The notes under the pieces were generated by a model that saw only the letters and a program-made list of their open reading frames with translations, did not search any database and was not told where the DNA came from. A stretch of 64,000 nucleotides of DNA from an uncultured Lysobacter sp. (lineage in GTDB: Bacteria; Pseudomonadota; Gammaproteobacteria; Xanthomonadales; Xanthomonadaceae), in NCBI GenBank assembly GCA_966210725.1, contig CBIHLN010000004.1:1132-65131 (forward strand). Direction: 5' to 3'. Of this stretch, positions 17,116 through 32,062 are shown in pieces. Position 1 is the first letter of the stretch. Each line of letters begins with the position of its first letter. The position numbers and the translations under genes were made by a program.

Positions 17116-17502
17116 ATGTTTAGGCCCAGCCGCCAGCCCTGGTTTCGAGCCGCCCTAATTGGGCTGCTGGCTCTTTGCATGGCGGTGCAGCCGGTGCTGG
17201 CCGCCGCCGGTGAGCTGCACGAGGCGTTTGCGCATGCCGAGCAGGCCGCCTTCCATCTTGAAGGGCCGGACGATCACGACGATGCCTCCAACATCTCGGG
17301 CGGTGAGGGCCATGAGCCTGCCGATGCCCTGCATGTGCTGCTCCACTTCGCGCACTGTTGCGGCCATCCCGCCGGCCTCAATCCGCCCGAGGCCCGGATG
17401 CACTGGTTACCCGTGCATGAGCCGCAGCCGCTAAGGGCAGTAGTCACGCGGTCGCCGGCGCCGCAACTTGGCTCTCCCTTCCGACCTCCGATTCAGGCGT
17501 AA
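17116..17502 (+). CDS. Small His/Cys-containing leader protein of the czc operon (CzcI/CopL-like architecture)
   Basis: 128 aa from ATG 17116. It has an N-terminal hydrophobic segment, the motif HFAHCCGH and the C-terminus PFRPPIQA. It is divergent from copL and directly upstream of czcC. Confidence 0.5.
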   Translation: MFRPSRQPWFRAALIGLLALCMAVQPVLAAAGELHEAFAHAEQAAFHLEGPDDHDDASNISGGEGHEPADALHVLLHFAHCCGHPAGLNPPEARMHWLPVHEPQPLRAVVTRSPAPQLGSPFRPPIQA

Positions 17503-17560
17503 AGGCTCGACTGGCCGCTTGGCCAGCTCCCAGTCCATTCCGCTACATCGGAGAACTCCC

Positions 17561-18834
17561 ATGCTATTGCGACTCACGGCTCTGGCCGTGTGCGTCGCGG
17601 CTTTTGCCGTGGCTTGGCCGGCGTCGGCCGCCGACCGTTTGACCCTCGACGACGCGTTCCAGCGCGTTGCCCAAATCCATCCCGACCTGCGCCTGTTTGG
17701 TCCGCGGCAAGACGCGCTCGGCGCCGAACTCGACCGTGCGTCTCTTCGTCCTGCGTACGTCGCCGGCGCGACCGTCGAGAACGCACTTGGCACCGGCGAG
17801 GCGAGTGGCCTCAGTGGCGCCGAACTCACGCTGACCCTTGCGTCGGTGCTGGAGCGTGGCGGCAAGCTCGACGCACGGCGCGCGCTCGTCCAGAGCCGGA
17901 TCGACGCGCTGGCCATCGAACGCGAAACCCGCCGGCTGGACCTGCTGGCGGAAGTTGCACGCCGGTACCTGGCGATCGTGGCTGCGCGGCAGCAGGCCGC
18001 CATCGCCCAGCGCGATATCGACCAGCGCCAGCGCACGGTCGCGGCAGCACGCCAGCGCCACCAGGCGGGAGCGTCCCCCGAGTCCGTCGTATTCACGGCT
18101 CAGGCGGCATTGGCGCGGGCGGAACTGGAGCGGGCACGCGCCGAGCAGCAGGCGGCGGCCGCTCGCCAGCATCTGGCGGCCATGTGGGGCGAGCAGATGC
18201 CGGTGTTCGAGGTGGCCGAGGTGGATGCGCTGCAACTGGCGGAGGTGGCGGACTTCGCCACCTTGGCGCAGTGGCTGGAGCGCAACCCGGAACTCGCGCG
18301 CTTCGCGGACGAACGCCGCATTGCCGAGGCCCGGCTGCAACTGGCCCGTACCGAAGCCACGCCGGATATCGACTGGCAGGTTGGTGTACGGCGCCTGCAG
18401 GCCACCGACGACTTCGGCCTGACCGCCGGCGTTTCGATTCCGCTGGGCGCGTCCGTCCGCGCGCAACCCGCCATCCGCGCCGCGCAGGCGGAGCTGGCGG
18501 TGCTTGAGATCGAACGCGAAGCCGCCGGGCTGTCCCTGTACTCCACGCTCGCCGAAGCCCATGGCCGCTACCGCGTGGCCCAGCTGGAGGTGTCGCGCAT
18601 CGGCAAGGACGTGCTGCCACGCCTTGCGCGCGCTGAAACGGCGGCCGCCACGGCCTATCGCGCAGGCGCAGCGAGCTACTTGGAGTGGGCCTCGCTGCAG
18701 GCCGAGCGCACCTCGGCGCTGCGCCAGCAACTCAACGCAGCGCTCGACGCCCAGCGCGCCCTCATAGAAATCCAGCGGTTGACCGGCCAGGCGTTTCTCG
18801 CCGGCCCCACGCCGTCGACTCAAGGAGTGACCCC

Positions 18835-18838
<4 letters not shown>
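17561..18838 (+). CDS. czcC: Outer-membrane efflux protein (TolC/OMF family), CzcC-like
   Basis: 425 aa from ATG 17561, with GGAGA upstream and a signal peptide (MLLRLTALAVCVAAFAVAWPASA). The Ala/Leu/Arg/Gln-rich coiled repeats are typical of OMF proteins. It is the first gene of a CBA operon. Confidence 0.8.
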
Positions 18839-23299
<4,461 letters not shown>

Positions 23300-23302
23300 G
23301 CG

Positions 23303-23947
23303 ATGTCGGATTCATGCTGTGGTGGGACCGTCGACCTGGCGGCCATGCAGGCGCGCCAGCGGCGGGTGCTGATGATCGTGCTGGTGATCAACCTGGCCAC
23401 GTTCGGGATGATGCTTGCAGCGGCGCTCTATGGCCGCTCGTCGTCGCTCCTGTCGGGCAGCCTCGACAACCTCGGAGATGCGCTCACCTACCTGCTGAGC
23501 CTTGCCGTGATCGGCGCCAGTGCGGCGGCCAAGGCCCGGGTGGCGGTGGTCAAGGGCCTGCTGATTCTCGGCGCCGCATTGGCGGTGGCGGTCCAGATCG
23601 TCTGGCGGCTGCTGCATCCGGAAGTGCCGCTGTTCGAAGCGATCGGCGCGGCCGCGCTGCTGAACCTCGCCTTCAACGGTGTGTGCCTGTGGCTGTTGAC
23701 GCCCTACCGCGCCGGGGACGTCAACATGGCGTCGGCGTGGGAATGTTCGCGCAACGATGTGTATGAGGGTTTTGCGGTGCTACTGGCGGCGGCCGGCGTG
23801 TGGGCCTTCGATGCGGGCTGGCCCGACCTGGTCATCGCGGCGGCATTGCTGGCGCTGTTCCTGCGCTCGGCCTGGCGCGTGCTTGCGCGCGCGCGCGCCG
23901 AGTTGCGCGAGGGTGGCCGTCGTGCCAGCCGTCCGTCGCCCACATGA
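23303..23947 (+). CDS. Short cation-efflux (CDF-like) membrane protein lacking a cytoplasmic C-terminal domain
   Basis: 214 aa. The N-terminus is MSDSCCGG and there are six hydrophobic segments. [18 protein letters not shown] resembles CDF TM2. Confidence 0.7.
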   Translation: MSDSCCGGTVDLAAMQARQRRVLMIVLVINLATFGMMLAAALYGRSSSLLSGSLDNLGDALTYLLSLAVIGASAAAKARVAVVKGLLILGAALAVAVQIVWRLLHPEVPLFEAIGAAALLNLAFNGVCLWLLTPYRAGDVNMASAWECSRNDVYEGFAVLLAAAGVWAFDAGWPDLVIAAALLALFLRSAWRVLARARAELREGGRRASRPSPT

Positions 23948-24270
23948 TCGCCAAGACCGCCGGCCTGTTCTTCATCACCGCCATCGCCGAGATCGTCGGC
24001 TGCTACCTGCCGTACCTGTGGCTGCGCGGCAGGGCCGAGGCCTGGGTGCTGATTCCCGCGGCGGTGTCGCTGGCCCTGTTTGCGTGGCTGCTCTCGCTAC
24101 ATCCCTTCGAGGCCGGTCGTACCTATGCGGCCTATGGCGCGGTGTACGTGGTGACGGCGCTGGGCTGGCTATGGGCGGTGGATGGCGTCCAGCCCACGCG
24201 CTGGGACGCACTGGGCGGATTGCTGGTGCTAGCCGGCATGGCGGTCATCGCGTTCGCGCCGCGCAGCTGA
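23944..24270 (+). CDS. ynfA: YnfA-family (UPF0060) small membrane protein
   Basis: 108 aa. ATG 23944 overlaps the upstream stop. [28 protein letters not shown]...[12 protein letters not shown] matches the YnfA signature. Confidence 0.8.
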   Translation: MIAKTAGLFFITAIAEIVGCYLPYLWLRGRAEAWVLIPAAVSLALFAWLLSLHPFEAGRTYAAYGAVYVVTALGWLWAVDGVQPTRWDALGGLLVLAGMAVIAFAPRS

Positions 24271-24316
24271 TCGAACGGGTATCACCGACACAACCAATCG
24301 ACGGGAAAGCACTGAC

Positions 24317-25210
24317 ATGGGCAGCGGGCACGATCACGGCACCGGCGACATCCGGCACGAAAAACCCCTGTGGTGGGCGCTGGGACTCACCGCCACCTTC
24401 CTGGTCGCCGAGATTGTCGGCGGCCTGTTGACCAATAGCCTGGCGTTGCTATCGGATGCCGCGCACATGGCCACCGACGTGATCGCGCTCACAATCGCGC
24501 TGGTGGCCGTGCGTCTGTCGCGCCGCCCGCCGGACGCGAAGCGCACCTACGGCTATGCGCGCATGGAGGCCATTGGCGCACTGGTCAATGGAGGGATGCT
24601 GTTCCTGGTGGCCGGCTGGATCATCTGGGAGGCCGTCGGGCGCTTCCGTGAGCCACCAGAGGTCGCCTCCACCGGGATGCTCGTCGTCGCGGCGCTGGGC
24701 CTGGTCATCAACCTGGTGTCGATGCGCCTGCTCAAGGCCGGCAGCGGCGAATGCCTCAACGTCCGGGGCGCGTACCTGGAGGTATGGGCCGACATGCTCG
24801 GCTCGGTCGGCGTGATCGTCGGCGCGATCATCATCATGCTCACGGGGTGGACGATCGCCGACCCGATCATTGCGGTGCTGCTGGGACTTTGGGTACTGCC
24901 ACGGACGTGGACGCTGATGAGTCAGGCCGGCCACATCCTGATGCAGGGCGTGCCGGCCGGGCTGGACTTGGAGGCTGTACGAAGTGCCCTGCTGGAACAC
25001 CCGGGCGTGGCCGAGATTCACGACCTGCACGCTTGGGCACTTGGATCGAAAGAGCCAGTTCTGACGGTGCACGTCGTGATGGGCGAGGGGCTCTCCTCAA
25101 TAGATCAATTACGCGGCAAGCTGGCACAAATGCTGCAGGAAAAATTCGAGATCAAGCACGCCACATTGCAAGTCGAGGCAGTGCCCTGCCATGCAAACAG
25201 CAAATTGTGA
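24317..25210 (+). CDS. czcD: Cation diffusion facilitator transporter CzcD/ZitB-type
   Basis: 297 aa. It has a His-rich N-terminus (GSGHDHGTGD), the motif SLALLSDAAHMATDV (TM2 HxxxD) and the C-terminal domain VAEIHDLHAWAL. Confidence 0.85.
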   Translation: MGSGHDHGTGDIRHEKPLWWALGLTATFLVAEIVGGLLTNSLALLSDAAHMATDVIALTIALVAVRLSRRPPDAKRTYGYARMEAIGALVNGGMLFLVAGWIIWEAVGRFREPPEVASTGMLVVAALGLVINLVSMRLLKAGSGECLNVRGAYLEVWADMLGSVGVIVGAIIIMLTGWTIADPIIAVLLGLWVLPRTWTLMSQAGHILMQGVPAGLDLEAVRSALLEHPGVAEIHDLHAWALGSKEPVLTVHVVMGEGLSSIDQLRGKLAQMLQEKFEIKHATLQVEAVPCHANSKL

Positions 25211-25308
25211 AGAATTGCCGGTTCAGCGTCGCGAGCAATTTAGCTCGCGTGTGAGGGCGCGCCCACCGATCGGTGCGACGCGCCACTCGTCGGAGTAGCA
25301 TAGTGCCC

Positions 25309-25689
25309 ATGCGTCTTCGCAGCCGCTACCGCCTACGGATCGTGCTCGCGGTGATCCTGTGCCTGCTGTTCCAGCAGATGGCAATGGCGGCTTACGCATG
25401 TACGCTGCCGAGCATGCCGGCCGACCCGGTCGAGATGGCCGACGAATGCGGCCAAATGGGCATGGAGGCGGCGCAGGAGTCACCGGCGCTTTGCGCCGAG
25501 CACTGTTCACCCGACCATGCGGTGACTCCGGACACGGGGTTCGCACAAGTCCCTCCGCTGGCATTGCCGCCCGTCCACTTCAAACCGCGGGTGGTAGCTC
25601 CTCTGGCGCACCAGTCATTGGCAGGGCAGCGGCCGGCTGACTGTTACCAGCCTCCACCGCGTCTGCGCTACTGCAGTCTTCTGATCTAG
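25309..25689 (+). CDS. Small Cys/Met-containing leader protein of the cus operon (CopL/CzcI-like architecture)
   Basis: 126 aa from ATG 25309. It has a basic and hydrophobic N-terminus (MRLRSRYRLRIVLAVILCLLF), the motif CAEHCSPDH and a Pro-rich C-terminus (QPPPRLRY). It lies directly upstream of cusC. Confidence 0.45.
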   Translation: MRLRSRYRLRIVLAVILCLLFQQMAMAAYACTLPSMPADPVEMADECGQMGMEAAQESPALCAEHCSPDHAVTPDTGFAQVPPLALPPVHFKPRVVAPLAHQSLAGQRPADCYQPPPRLRYCSLLI

Positions 25690-25758
25690 ACCTCCTACGC
25701 CGTTGAGCCTGCGCCGGCCATTTGCGCCGTGCGTGTCCGACGTTTGCCCGGAGGTCCC

Positions 25759-27060
25759 ATGTCTTCGTTCTTTTCGAATGCCTGTCCGTCGCGATTGCGA
25801 GTCCGCGTCCCCCTGACCGGCGCCCGCGTGTTGGTCTTGTTGCTGCTGGTTGCGCCTGCTGCCGGTGCGGCCGCGCCGTCGCCTCTGTCCCTAGAGGAGG
25901 CGGTCCGCATGGCCGTCGAGGCCGCGCCGATGCTCGATGCACGTCGTGCCCAGCGTGAAGCCGCCCTGCAGGAATCCCGCCGTGCAGGCGCCTTGCCCGA
26001 TCCGACGTTGACGGTCGGCATCGACAATCTGCCGGTCACCGGTCCGGATGCATTCGATCCGGGTGCTGACCCCATGACCATGCGGCGCATCGGCATCCGC
26101 CAGGAGATCCCGGCGGCTGCCGAGCGTGACGCCCGCCGGGACCTTGCCATTCGTGTGGTGAATGAGCGCCAGGCGCAGACACGCGCAGCACACCTGGAAA
26201 TCCGCCGCCGCAGCGCCGAAGCCTGGGTCGCGCTCTGGGCGGCCCAGAGGGAACTGACCGAAGTCGCCGCGTTGCGCGAGCAGGCCGAGCTCGCCAGCGA
26301 CCTTGCTCGGGCCCGGGTGTCGGGCGGTAGTGAGCTTGCCGCCGACGCATTGGCCTTCGAGTCCGCCGTGCTGGAACTGGATAACCGGATCGCAGCGGCC
26401 CAAGCGCAGGTCGAGGCGGCGCAGGCGGAACTGGCCCGATGGATCGGCCTCCCCACGGTGGCGGTCGGCGCCGATATGCCGGACTTCAGTGTGCTGCCGG
26501 TGCCAAAAGGGAGGCTGCTGAGTGAGACTGACCGGCTCGGTCCGTTGCTGGCGACCGACGCTCAAGTCGAAACTGCGGCCGCGGCTATTGATGTGGCCCA
26601 GGCGGAAAAGCGCCCGGACTGGAGCGTGGCCGCCTCCTACGGCCAGCGCAGCGATGGCCGTGAGGACATGGTTATGCTGGAGTTCGGCATCGAGCTGCCG
26701 CTGTTTACCGCCAACCGCCAGGACCTTGGCATCGCTGCACGCCGCGCCGAGTACGCGGCGGCGCTGGCCACCCGCGAGGATGCACGCCGCGAACAAGTCG
26801 CTCGCATCCGCGCCGACATTGCTCAGTGGGAAGCCCTGAAGCGCCAGGTGGACCGTGATCGCGGCGCGCTGCTGCCACTGGCGGCCGATCGCAGCGCCAC
26901 CGCGCTTGCCGCCTACCGCGCCGGCGCGCCGATCCGGCCCTGGTTGGACGCAAGGCGAGACGAACTGAACCTGGTGATCCAACATACGCAGCGCCTGGAG
27001 GCGCTCGGGCGCACTTGGGCCTCACTGGCTTATCTGCTGGCCGAGGAGCCTCAGCAATGA
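25759..27060 (+). CDS. cusC: Outer-membrane efflux protein (TolC/OMF family), CusC-like
   Basis: 433 aa from ATG 25759, with GGAGG upstream and a signal peptide. It is the first gene of the second CBA operon. Confidence 0.8.
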   Translation: MSSFFSNACPSRLRVRVPLTGARVLVLLLLVAPAAGAAAPSPLSLEEAVRMAVEAAPMLDARRAQREAALQESRRAGALPDPTLTVGIDNLPVTGPDAFDPGADPMTMRRIGIRQEIPAAAERDARRDLAIRVVNERQAQTRAAHLEIRRRSAEAWVALWAAQRELTEVAALREQAELASDLARARVSGGSELAADALAFESAVLELDNRIAAAQAQVEAAQAELARWIGLPTVAVGADMPDFSVLPVPKGRLLSETDRLGPLLATDAQVETAAAAIDVAQAEKRPDWSVAASYGQRSDGREDMVMLEFGIELPLFTANRQDLGIAARRAEYAAALATREDARREQVARIRADIAQWEALKRQVDRDRGALLPLAADRSATALAAYRAGAPIRPWLDARRDELNLVIQHTQRLEALGRTWASLAYLLAEEPQQ

Positions 27061-28481
27061 ATCGCAGGCAAACTTTTCTCCTGACCGGCGGTGCGATGGT
27101 GGTGCTGGTGGCCGGCATCGGCCTGGGTTGGTGGTGGGCAGGCCAAGGGTCTGCGCCGATGACGAACATTTCCGCCACGGCTGTGACGGAGGGCGAGCGC
27201 GAGGTCCTGTACTGGTACGACCCGATGGTGCCCGACCAGCACTTCGACAAGCCGGGCAAGTCACCCTTTATGGACATGCAGCTGGTGCCCAAGTACGCCG
27301 ACGAGGCGAGCGGTACCGGCATTTCGATCGACCCTGGCGTGCGCCAGAACCTGGGCATCCGCACCGTGGAGGCCGAGCGCGGCCGCCTGCCCGGTGCGAT
27401 CAGCGTGCCGGGGACCATCGGCTGGGACCTGCGCCTGGAAGAAGTTGTGAGCGCGCGCGTCGACGCGGTCATCGAACGCGTGTTCGTCAAGGCGCCGTAC
27501 GAGCGCGTGCAGGCGGGCCAGCCGCTCGCCAGCATCCTCGCGCCGGCCTGGAGCACCGCATTGGCCGAGGCCCAGGCGTTGCGCAACGCCGACTCGGCCG
27601 CCGCACAAGCGCTGCAGTCCGCCGCGCAGGAGCGGCTGCGTGTGCTGGGGCTGCCCGCAGGCGTGCGGAGCAACGGCGGCCGCATCGTACTGAGCGCACC
27701 AGTCGATGGCGTGGTTAGCGAGGTCGTCGCGCGCAATGGCGCGACCGCAGCGGCAGGAACGCTGCTGTTCCGCGTCAACGGCACCGATACGGTATGGCTT
27801 GAGGCCGCGATTCCGCAGGCCGGTGTCGGCGACATCGTTCCAGGTACGCCGGTAGAAGTGCGTGTGGACACGTTGCCTGGAGCGGTCTTCGAAGGCCGTG
27901 TGGAGGCCCTGCTGCCGCAGATCGAGGCGGGCAGCCGCACCCAGCAGGCGCGCATTGTCCTCGACAATCCGGAAGGCCTGCTGACGCCGGGCATGTTCGC
28001 CCAGGTAACACTCGATCCCGAGGGCGGCGAGGCGCAGGTGCTGGTGCCGTCGGATGCGGTGATCGGCGGTGGCACCCTGTCCCGGGTGATCGTGAGGACG
28101 CCCGAAGACCGGTTCCAGCCGGTTGCGGTGCGCACCGGGCGCAGCGGCGGCGGCATGACCGAGATCCTGTCCGGCCTTGAGGGCGGTGAGCGGGTGGTGG
28201 CCTCTGGCCAGTTCCTGATCGATTCGGAGGCCAGCTTGTCGGGTGCGCTGGATCGGCTCAACGCCGGTGCACCCGAGGGCGATGCGCCCGGCACCATGGC
28301 GGGCATGGGCGGTGCCTCCGGGGCCGAGCCGCAAGGCCAGCGCAAGGTCCTGTACTGGTACGACCCGATGCGGCCGGAGCAGCACTTCGACAAGCCCGGC
28401 AAGTCCCCTTTCATGGACATGCAACTGGTGCCGAGATACGCCGACGAGGCTGGGACTGACGAAGCGGAACCGGCGCCATGA
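27057..28481 (+). CDS. cusB: Cu(I)/Ag(I) efflux periplasmic adaptor CusB with the N-terminal Met-motif module repeated at the C-terminus
   Basis: ATG 27057 overlaps the cusC stop. [34 protein letters not shown] is near the N-terminus and [34 protein letters not shown] is at the C-terminus. The MFP core lies between them. Confidence 0.88.
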   Translation: MNRRQTFLLTGGAMVVLVAGIGLGWWWAGQGSAPMTNISATAVTEGEREVLYWYDPMVPDQHFDKPGKSPFMDMQLVPKYADEASGTGISIDPGVRQNLGIRTVEAERGRLPGAISVPGTIGWDLRLEEVVSARVDAVIERVFVKAPYERVQAGQPLASILAPAWSTALAEAQALRNADSAAAQALQSAAQERLRVLGLPAGVRSNGGRIVLSAPVDGVVSEVVARNGATAAAGTLLFRVNGTDTVWLEAAIPQAGVGDIVPGTPVEVRVDTLPGAVFEGRVEALLPQIEAGSRTQQARIVLDNPEGLLTPGMFAQVTLDPEGGEAQVLVPSDAVIGGGTLSRVIVRTPEDRFQPVAVRTGRSGGGMTEILSGLEGGERVVASGQFLIDSEASLSGALDRLNAGAPEGDAPGTMAGMGGASGAEPQGQRKVLYWYDPMRPEQHFDKPGKSPFMDMQLVPRYADEAGTDEAEPAP

Positions 28482-31400
28482 TCGCCTCCATCATCCGCGC
28501 CTCGATCGCCAACCGCGGGCTGGTGCTGTTGGCCGCCTTGGCGCTTGCGGTCTGGGGCGTGCTGTCCGTATTCCGAACGCCGCTTGATGCGCTGCCGGAC
28601 CTGTCCGACACCCAGGTCATCATCCGTACCGAATGGCCTGGCCAGCCGCCCCGCATCGTCGAGGACCAGATCACCTATCCGCTGAGTACTACGATGCTGG
28701 CGGTGCCCGGCGTCAAGGCGGTACGCGGCTACTCGTTCTTCGGCGATTCGTTCGTCTACGTGCTATTCGACGACGACACTGACCTCTACTGGGCCCGCTC
28801 GCGCGTGCTCGAATATCTGAGCCAGGCGCGTGACCAGTTGCCTGCCGAGGTTTCGCCCGCGCTCGGGCCGGACGCCACCGGCTTGGGCTGGGTCTACCAG
28901 TACGCGTTGGTGGATCGCAGCGGGGCGCACCACTTGGGCGAGTTGCGGGCGCTGCAGGAGTGGTTCCTGCGCTACGAACTCAAGACCATCCCCGACGTGG
29001 CAGAGGTCGCCACCCTCGGCGGCATGGTGCAGGCGTGGCAGATCGTGCCCGACCCGCAGGCGCTGGCCGCCCGCGGCATCACGGTCGAGCAGGTCGTCGA
29101 GGCGATTCGTGCAACCAACGGCGCCACCGGCGGTTCGGTGATCGAAAAGGCCGGCGCCGACCTGATGGTGCGCAGCACGGGATACCTGCAGACCCGCGGG
29201 GACTTCGAGAGCGTTCCGGTGACCACCGGTGGCGTGCCGGTGCTGCTCGGCGAGGTCGCGCGTGTGCTGCGCGGCCCAACTCTGCGCCGCGGCATCGCCG
29301 AACTCGACGGCGAAGGCGAAGTCGTCGGCGGCGTCATCGTGCTCCGCTCTGGCAAGAATGCGCTGACTGCAATCGAGGCAGTGGAGGCCAAGCTCGACGT
29401 GCTGCAGGACAGCCTGCCGCCGGGCGTCGAGATCGTGACCACCTACGACCGCTCCAAGCTGATCCTCGACGCGGTCGACAACCTCACCGGAAAGCTGGTC
29501 GAGGAGTTTATGGTCGTCGCGCTGGTGTGTGCGCTGTTCTTGTCGCACCTGCGCTCGGCGCTGGTGGCGGTGATCAGCCTGCCGCTGGGCGTGCTTGCCG
29601 CGTTCATCGTGATGCGCTACCAGGGCGTCAGCGCCAACCTGCTTTCGCTGGGCGGCATCGCGATCGCGATCGGCGCGATGGTCGATGCCGCGGTGGTGAT
29701 GATCGAGAACGCGCACAAGCACCTGGAGGAATATCGCGAGCGCAATGGCGCCGACGTGCGCGGACAGGCGCGCTGGGAACTGATGGCGCAGTCGGCCAGC
29801 GAAGTCGGGCCGGCGCTCTTCGTCAGCCTGCTGGTGATCACCTTGTCGTTCGTACCGGTGTTCGCCCTGGAAGCGCAGGAAGGGCGGCTGTTCTCGCCGC
29901 TGGCCTTCACCAAGACCTACGCGATGGCGGCGGCGGCTGGCCTGGCAATCACGCTGGTGCCAGTGCTGATGGGCTACCTGATCCGCGGCCGTATCCGCCC
30001 GGAGAAAAGCAATCCGCTCAACCGTGGGTTGATCCGGGCCTACCGTCCGGTGCTTGAGGCAGCGCTGCGGAATCCGCGAATGACGCTGGCGTTGGCCGGC
30101 GTGGCACTGCTGCTGACGCTGATTCCGGCATCGCGGCTGGGCAGCGAGTTTCTGCCGCCGCTCAATGAGGGCACGGTGCTGTACATGCCGACCGCCCTAC
30201 CGGGATTGTCGGCGGGGGAGGCCGCTAGGCTGTTGCAGCAGACCGACCGCATGCTCAAGACCGTGCCCGAGGTCGAGCACGTGTTCGGCAAGGCTGGTCG
30301 CGCCGACACCGCCACGGATCCGGCGCCGCTGGAGATGTTCGAGACCACGATCACCTTCAAGCCAAAGAGCGAGTGGCGCCCCGGCATGTCCATGGAGACG
30401 CTGCAGCAGGAACTGGAGGCCGCCGTGAAGGTGCCGGGACTGACCAACCTGTTCGTTCCTCCAATCCGAAACCGCATCGACATGCTCGCCACCGGCATTA
30501 AAAGCCCGATCGGCATCAAGATCTTGGGGCCGGACACCGACGTGCTGGCCCGACTCGGGGCCCGCATCGAAGTGGTGGCCGCGGGCGTGAAGGGCGTGAG
30601 CTCGGCCGTGGCCGACCGCGCCGCCGGTGGCCGCTATTTGGATGTCAAGGTCAGGCCCGCAGTCGCCGCGCGTTACGGATTCACCCAGGCGGAGGTGCAG
30701 CGCCTGATCGCCACCGTGGTCGGCGGCCAGCCGATCGACCAGACCATCGAGGGGCGCGAGCGCTATCCGATCGTGGTGCGCTATCCGCGTACGCAGCGCG
30801 ACTCGATCGCGGAACTCGCGCAGTTGCCGCTGGTCGCGCCCAATGGCGTGCAACTGAACCTCGGGCAGGTCGCCGAGCTGGCGTACACCATGGGTCCACC
30901 GATGCTCAAGAGCGACAATGGCCAGCTGACCAGCTATGTCTACATCGACGTGACGGGGCGGGATCTGGGCTCGGTGGTCGACGACCTGCGGCGTGTTGTG
31001 GCCGAGCAGGTGCAACTCCCGGCCGGCTACTCGCTCGCATGGTCCGGCCAGTACGAGTACCTGCAGCGTGCCGCCGAACGCCTGCGCATCGTGGTGCCCG
31101 CGACCCTGCTGATCGTGTTCGTGCTGATTTACCTGGTATTTCGCCGCTTCGGCGAGGCGGCGATCATCATGCTGAGCCTGCCGTTCGCCCTGATCGGCGG
31201 CCTGTGGCTGGTGTGGCTGCTGGGCCACGCCATCTCGGTGGCGACGGTGATCGGCTTTATTGCGCTGGCCGGTGTCGCGGCCGAATTCGGCATCATCATG
31301 CTCCTGTACCTGCGTCACGCGTGGGAGCGACAGCTCGCCCTGAACCCCGACGCTTGTGAGAGGGAGCTGGACGCTGCCATACGCGAGGGCGCAGTGCAGC

Positions 31401-31618
31401 GCGTGCGGCCCAAGGCCATGACCGTGGGCGTCATCTTGGCCGGCCTGCTTCCGATCCTGGCAGGCAGCGGTGCCGGGTCAGAAGTCATGCAACGTATCGC
31501 CGCGCCCATGGTGGGTGGAATGCTGACGGCGCCATTGCTGTCAATGTTGGTAATTCCTGTGGCCTATCGCTGGCTTCGAAGACGCGAGCTCACGCATAGC
31601 TGCCATCGGCGGCCATAG
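28478..31618 (+). CDS. cusA: Cu(I)/Ag(I) efflux RND transporter CusA
   Basis: 1046 aa. [21 protein letters not shown] and [30 protein letters not shown] are CusA-type segments. ATG 28478 overlaps the cusB stop. Confidence 0.92.
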   Translation: MIASIIRASIANRGLVLLAALALAVWGVLSVFRTPLDALPDLSDTQVIIRTEWPGQPPRIVEDQITYPLSTTMLAVPGVKAVRGYSFFGDSFVYVLFDDDTDLYWARSRVLEYLSQARDQLPAEVSPALGPDATGLGWVYQYALVDRSGAHHLGELRALQEWFLRYELKTIPDVAEVATLGGMVQAWQIVPDPQALAARGITVEQVVEAIRATNGATGGSVIEKAGADLMVRSTGYLQTRGDFESVPVTTGGVPVLLGEVARVLRGPTLRRGIAELDGEGEVVGGVIVLRSGKNALTAIEAVEAKLDVLQDSLPPGVEIVTTYDRSKLILDAVDNLTGKLVEEFMVVALVCALFLSHLRSALVAVISLPLGVLAAFIVMRYQGVSANLLSLGGIAIAIGAMVDAAVVMIENAHKHLEEYRERNGADVRGQARWELMAQSASEVGPALFVSLLVITLSFVPVFALEAQEGRLFSPLAFTKTYAMAAAAGLAITLVPVLMGYLIRGRIRPEKSNPLNRGLIRAYRPVLEAALRNPRMTLALAGVALLLTLIPASRLGSEFLPPLNEGTVLYMPTALPGLSAGEAARLLQQTDRMLKTVPEVEHVFGKAGRADTATDPAPLEMFETTITFKPKSEWRPGMSMETLQQELEAAVKVPGLTNLFVPPIRNRIDMLATGIKSPIGIKILGPDTDVLARLGARIEVVAAGVKGVSSAVADRAAGGRYLDVKVRPAVAARYGFTQAEVQRLIATVVGGQPIDQTIEGRERYPIVVRYPRTQRDSIAELAQLPLVAPNGVQLNLGQVAELAYTMGPPMLKSDNGQLTSYVYIDVTGRDLGSVVDDLRRVVAEQVQLPAGYSLAWSGQYEYLQRAAERLRIVVPATLLIVFVLIYLVFRRFGEAAIIMLSLPFALIGGLWLVWLLGHAISVATVIGFIALAGVAAEFGIIMLLYLRHAWERQLALNPDACERELDAAIREGAVQRVRPKAMTVGVILAGLLPILAGSGAGSEVMQRIAAPMVGGMLTAPLLSMLVIPVAYRWLRRRELTHSCHRRP

Positions 31619-31741
31619 CGCGACCGAATCAACATCTCTGCTGACCGAGCGCTGGCCATACAACGGAAGGTGGTCGGAGAGCTTCCATGGTCTGGCTTGG
31701 ATAGCGCCATACCACGCGAGACGCACCTGCGCGGCCGCGAG

Positions 31742-31940
31742 GGCTAAGCCGCGGTCGAGCCATCACGGCGGTCGGCGCCCCGGGCCGACCCCGTGTCGGC
31801 CCGGAGGCTGACGTAAATGGAGAGCCGGCCCGCGTGGGCCGGCCGCACCGTCGGTAAGCGGGGCTTATCGCGGGGAGACCGGGAGGCCCGGGCGTCCGTG
31901 ACGTCTGTCAGGCCGATGCTGCTTCGCGGCTCGGCTTAGC
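31742..31940. other. Hairpin-dense ~200-nt intergenic element at the metal-module / defence-module junction
   Basis: Perfect hairpins at 31780-31804 (10-bp stem) and 31824-31843 (8-bp stem). A further 8-bp hairpin with one G-U pair at 31852-31870 and a 5-bp hairpin at 31879-31891. All are bracketed by an imperfect outer inverted repeat, GCTAAGCCGCG (31743-31753) with CGCGGC-TC-GGCTTAGC (31925-31940). Confidence 0.4.
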
Positions 31941-32062
31941 TCCGGTGCTCGGCCCATGTCCGATTCTGGCCGAAAGCGGACTTGGTCAATAGCAGCCAAG
32001 CAGTCAGGTCGGACCCCGTACTAGTGATCAGTCCGATCGGTACGCGTACACGACGTGCTTAT

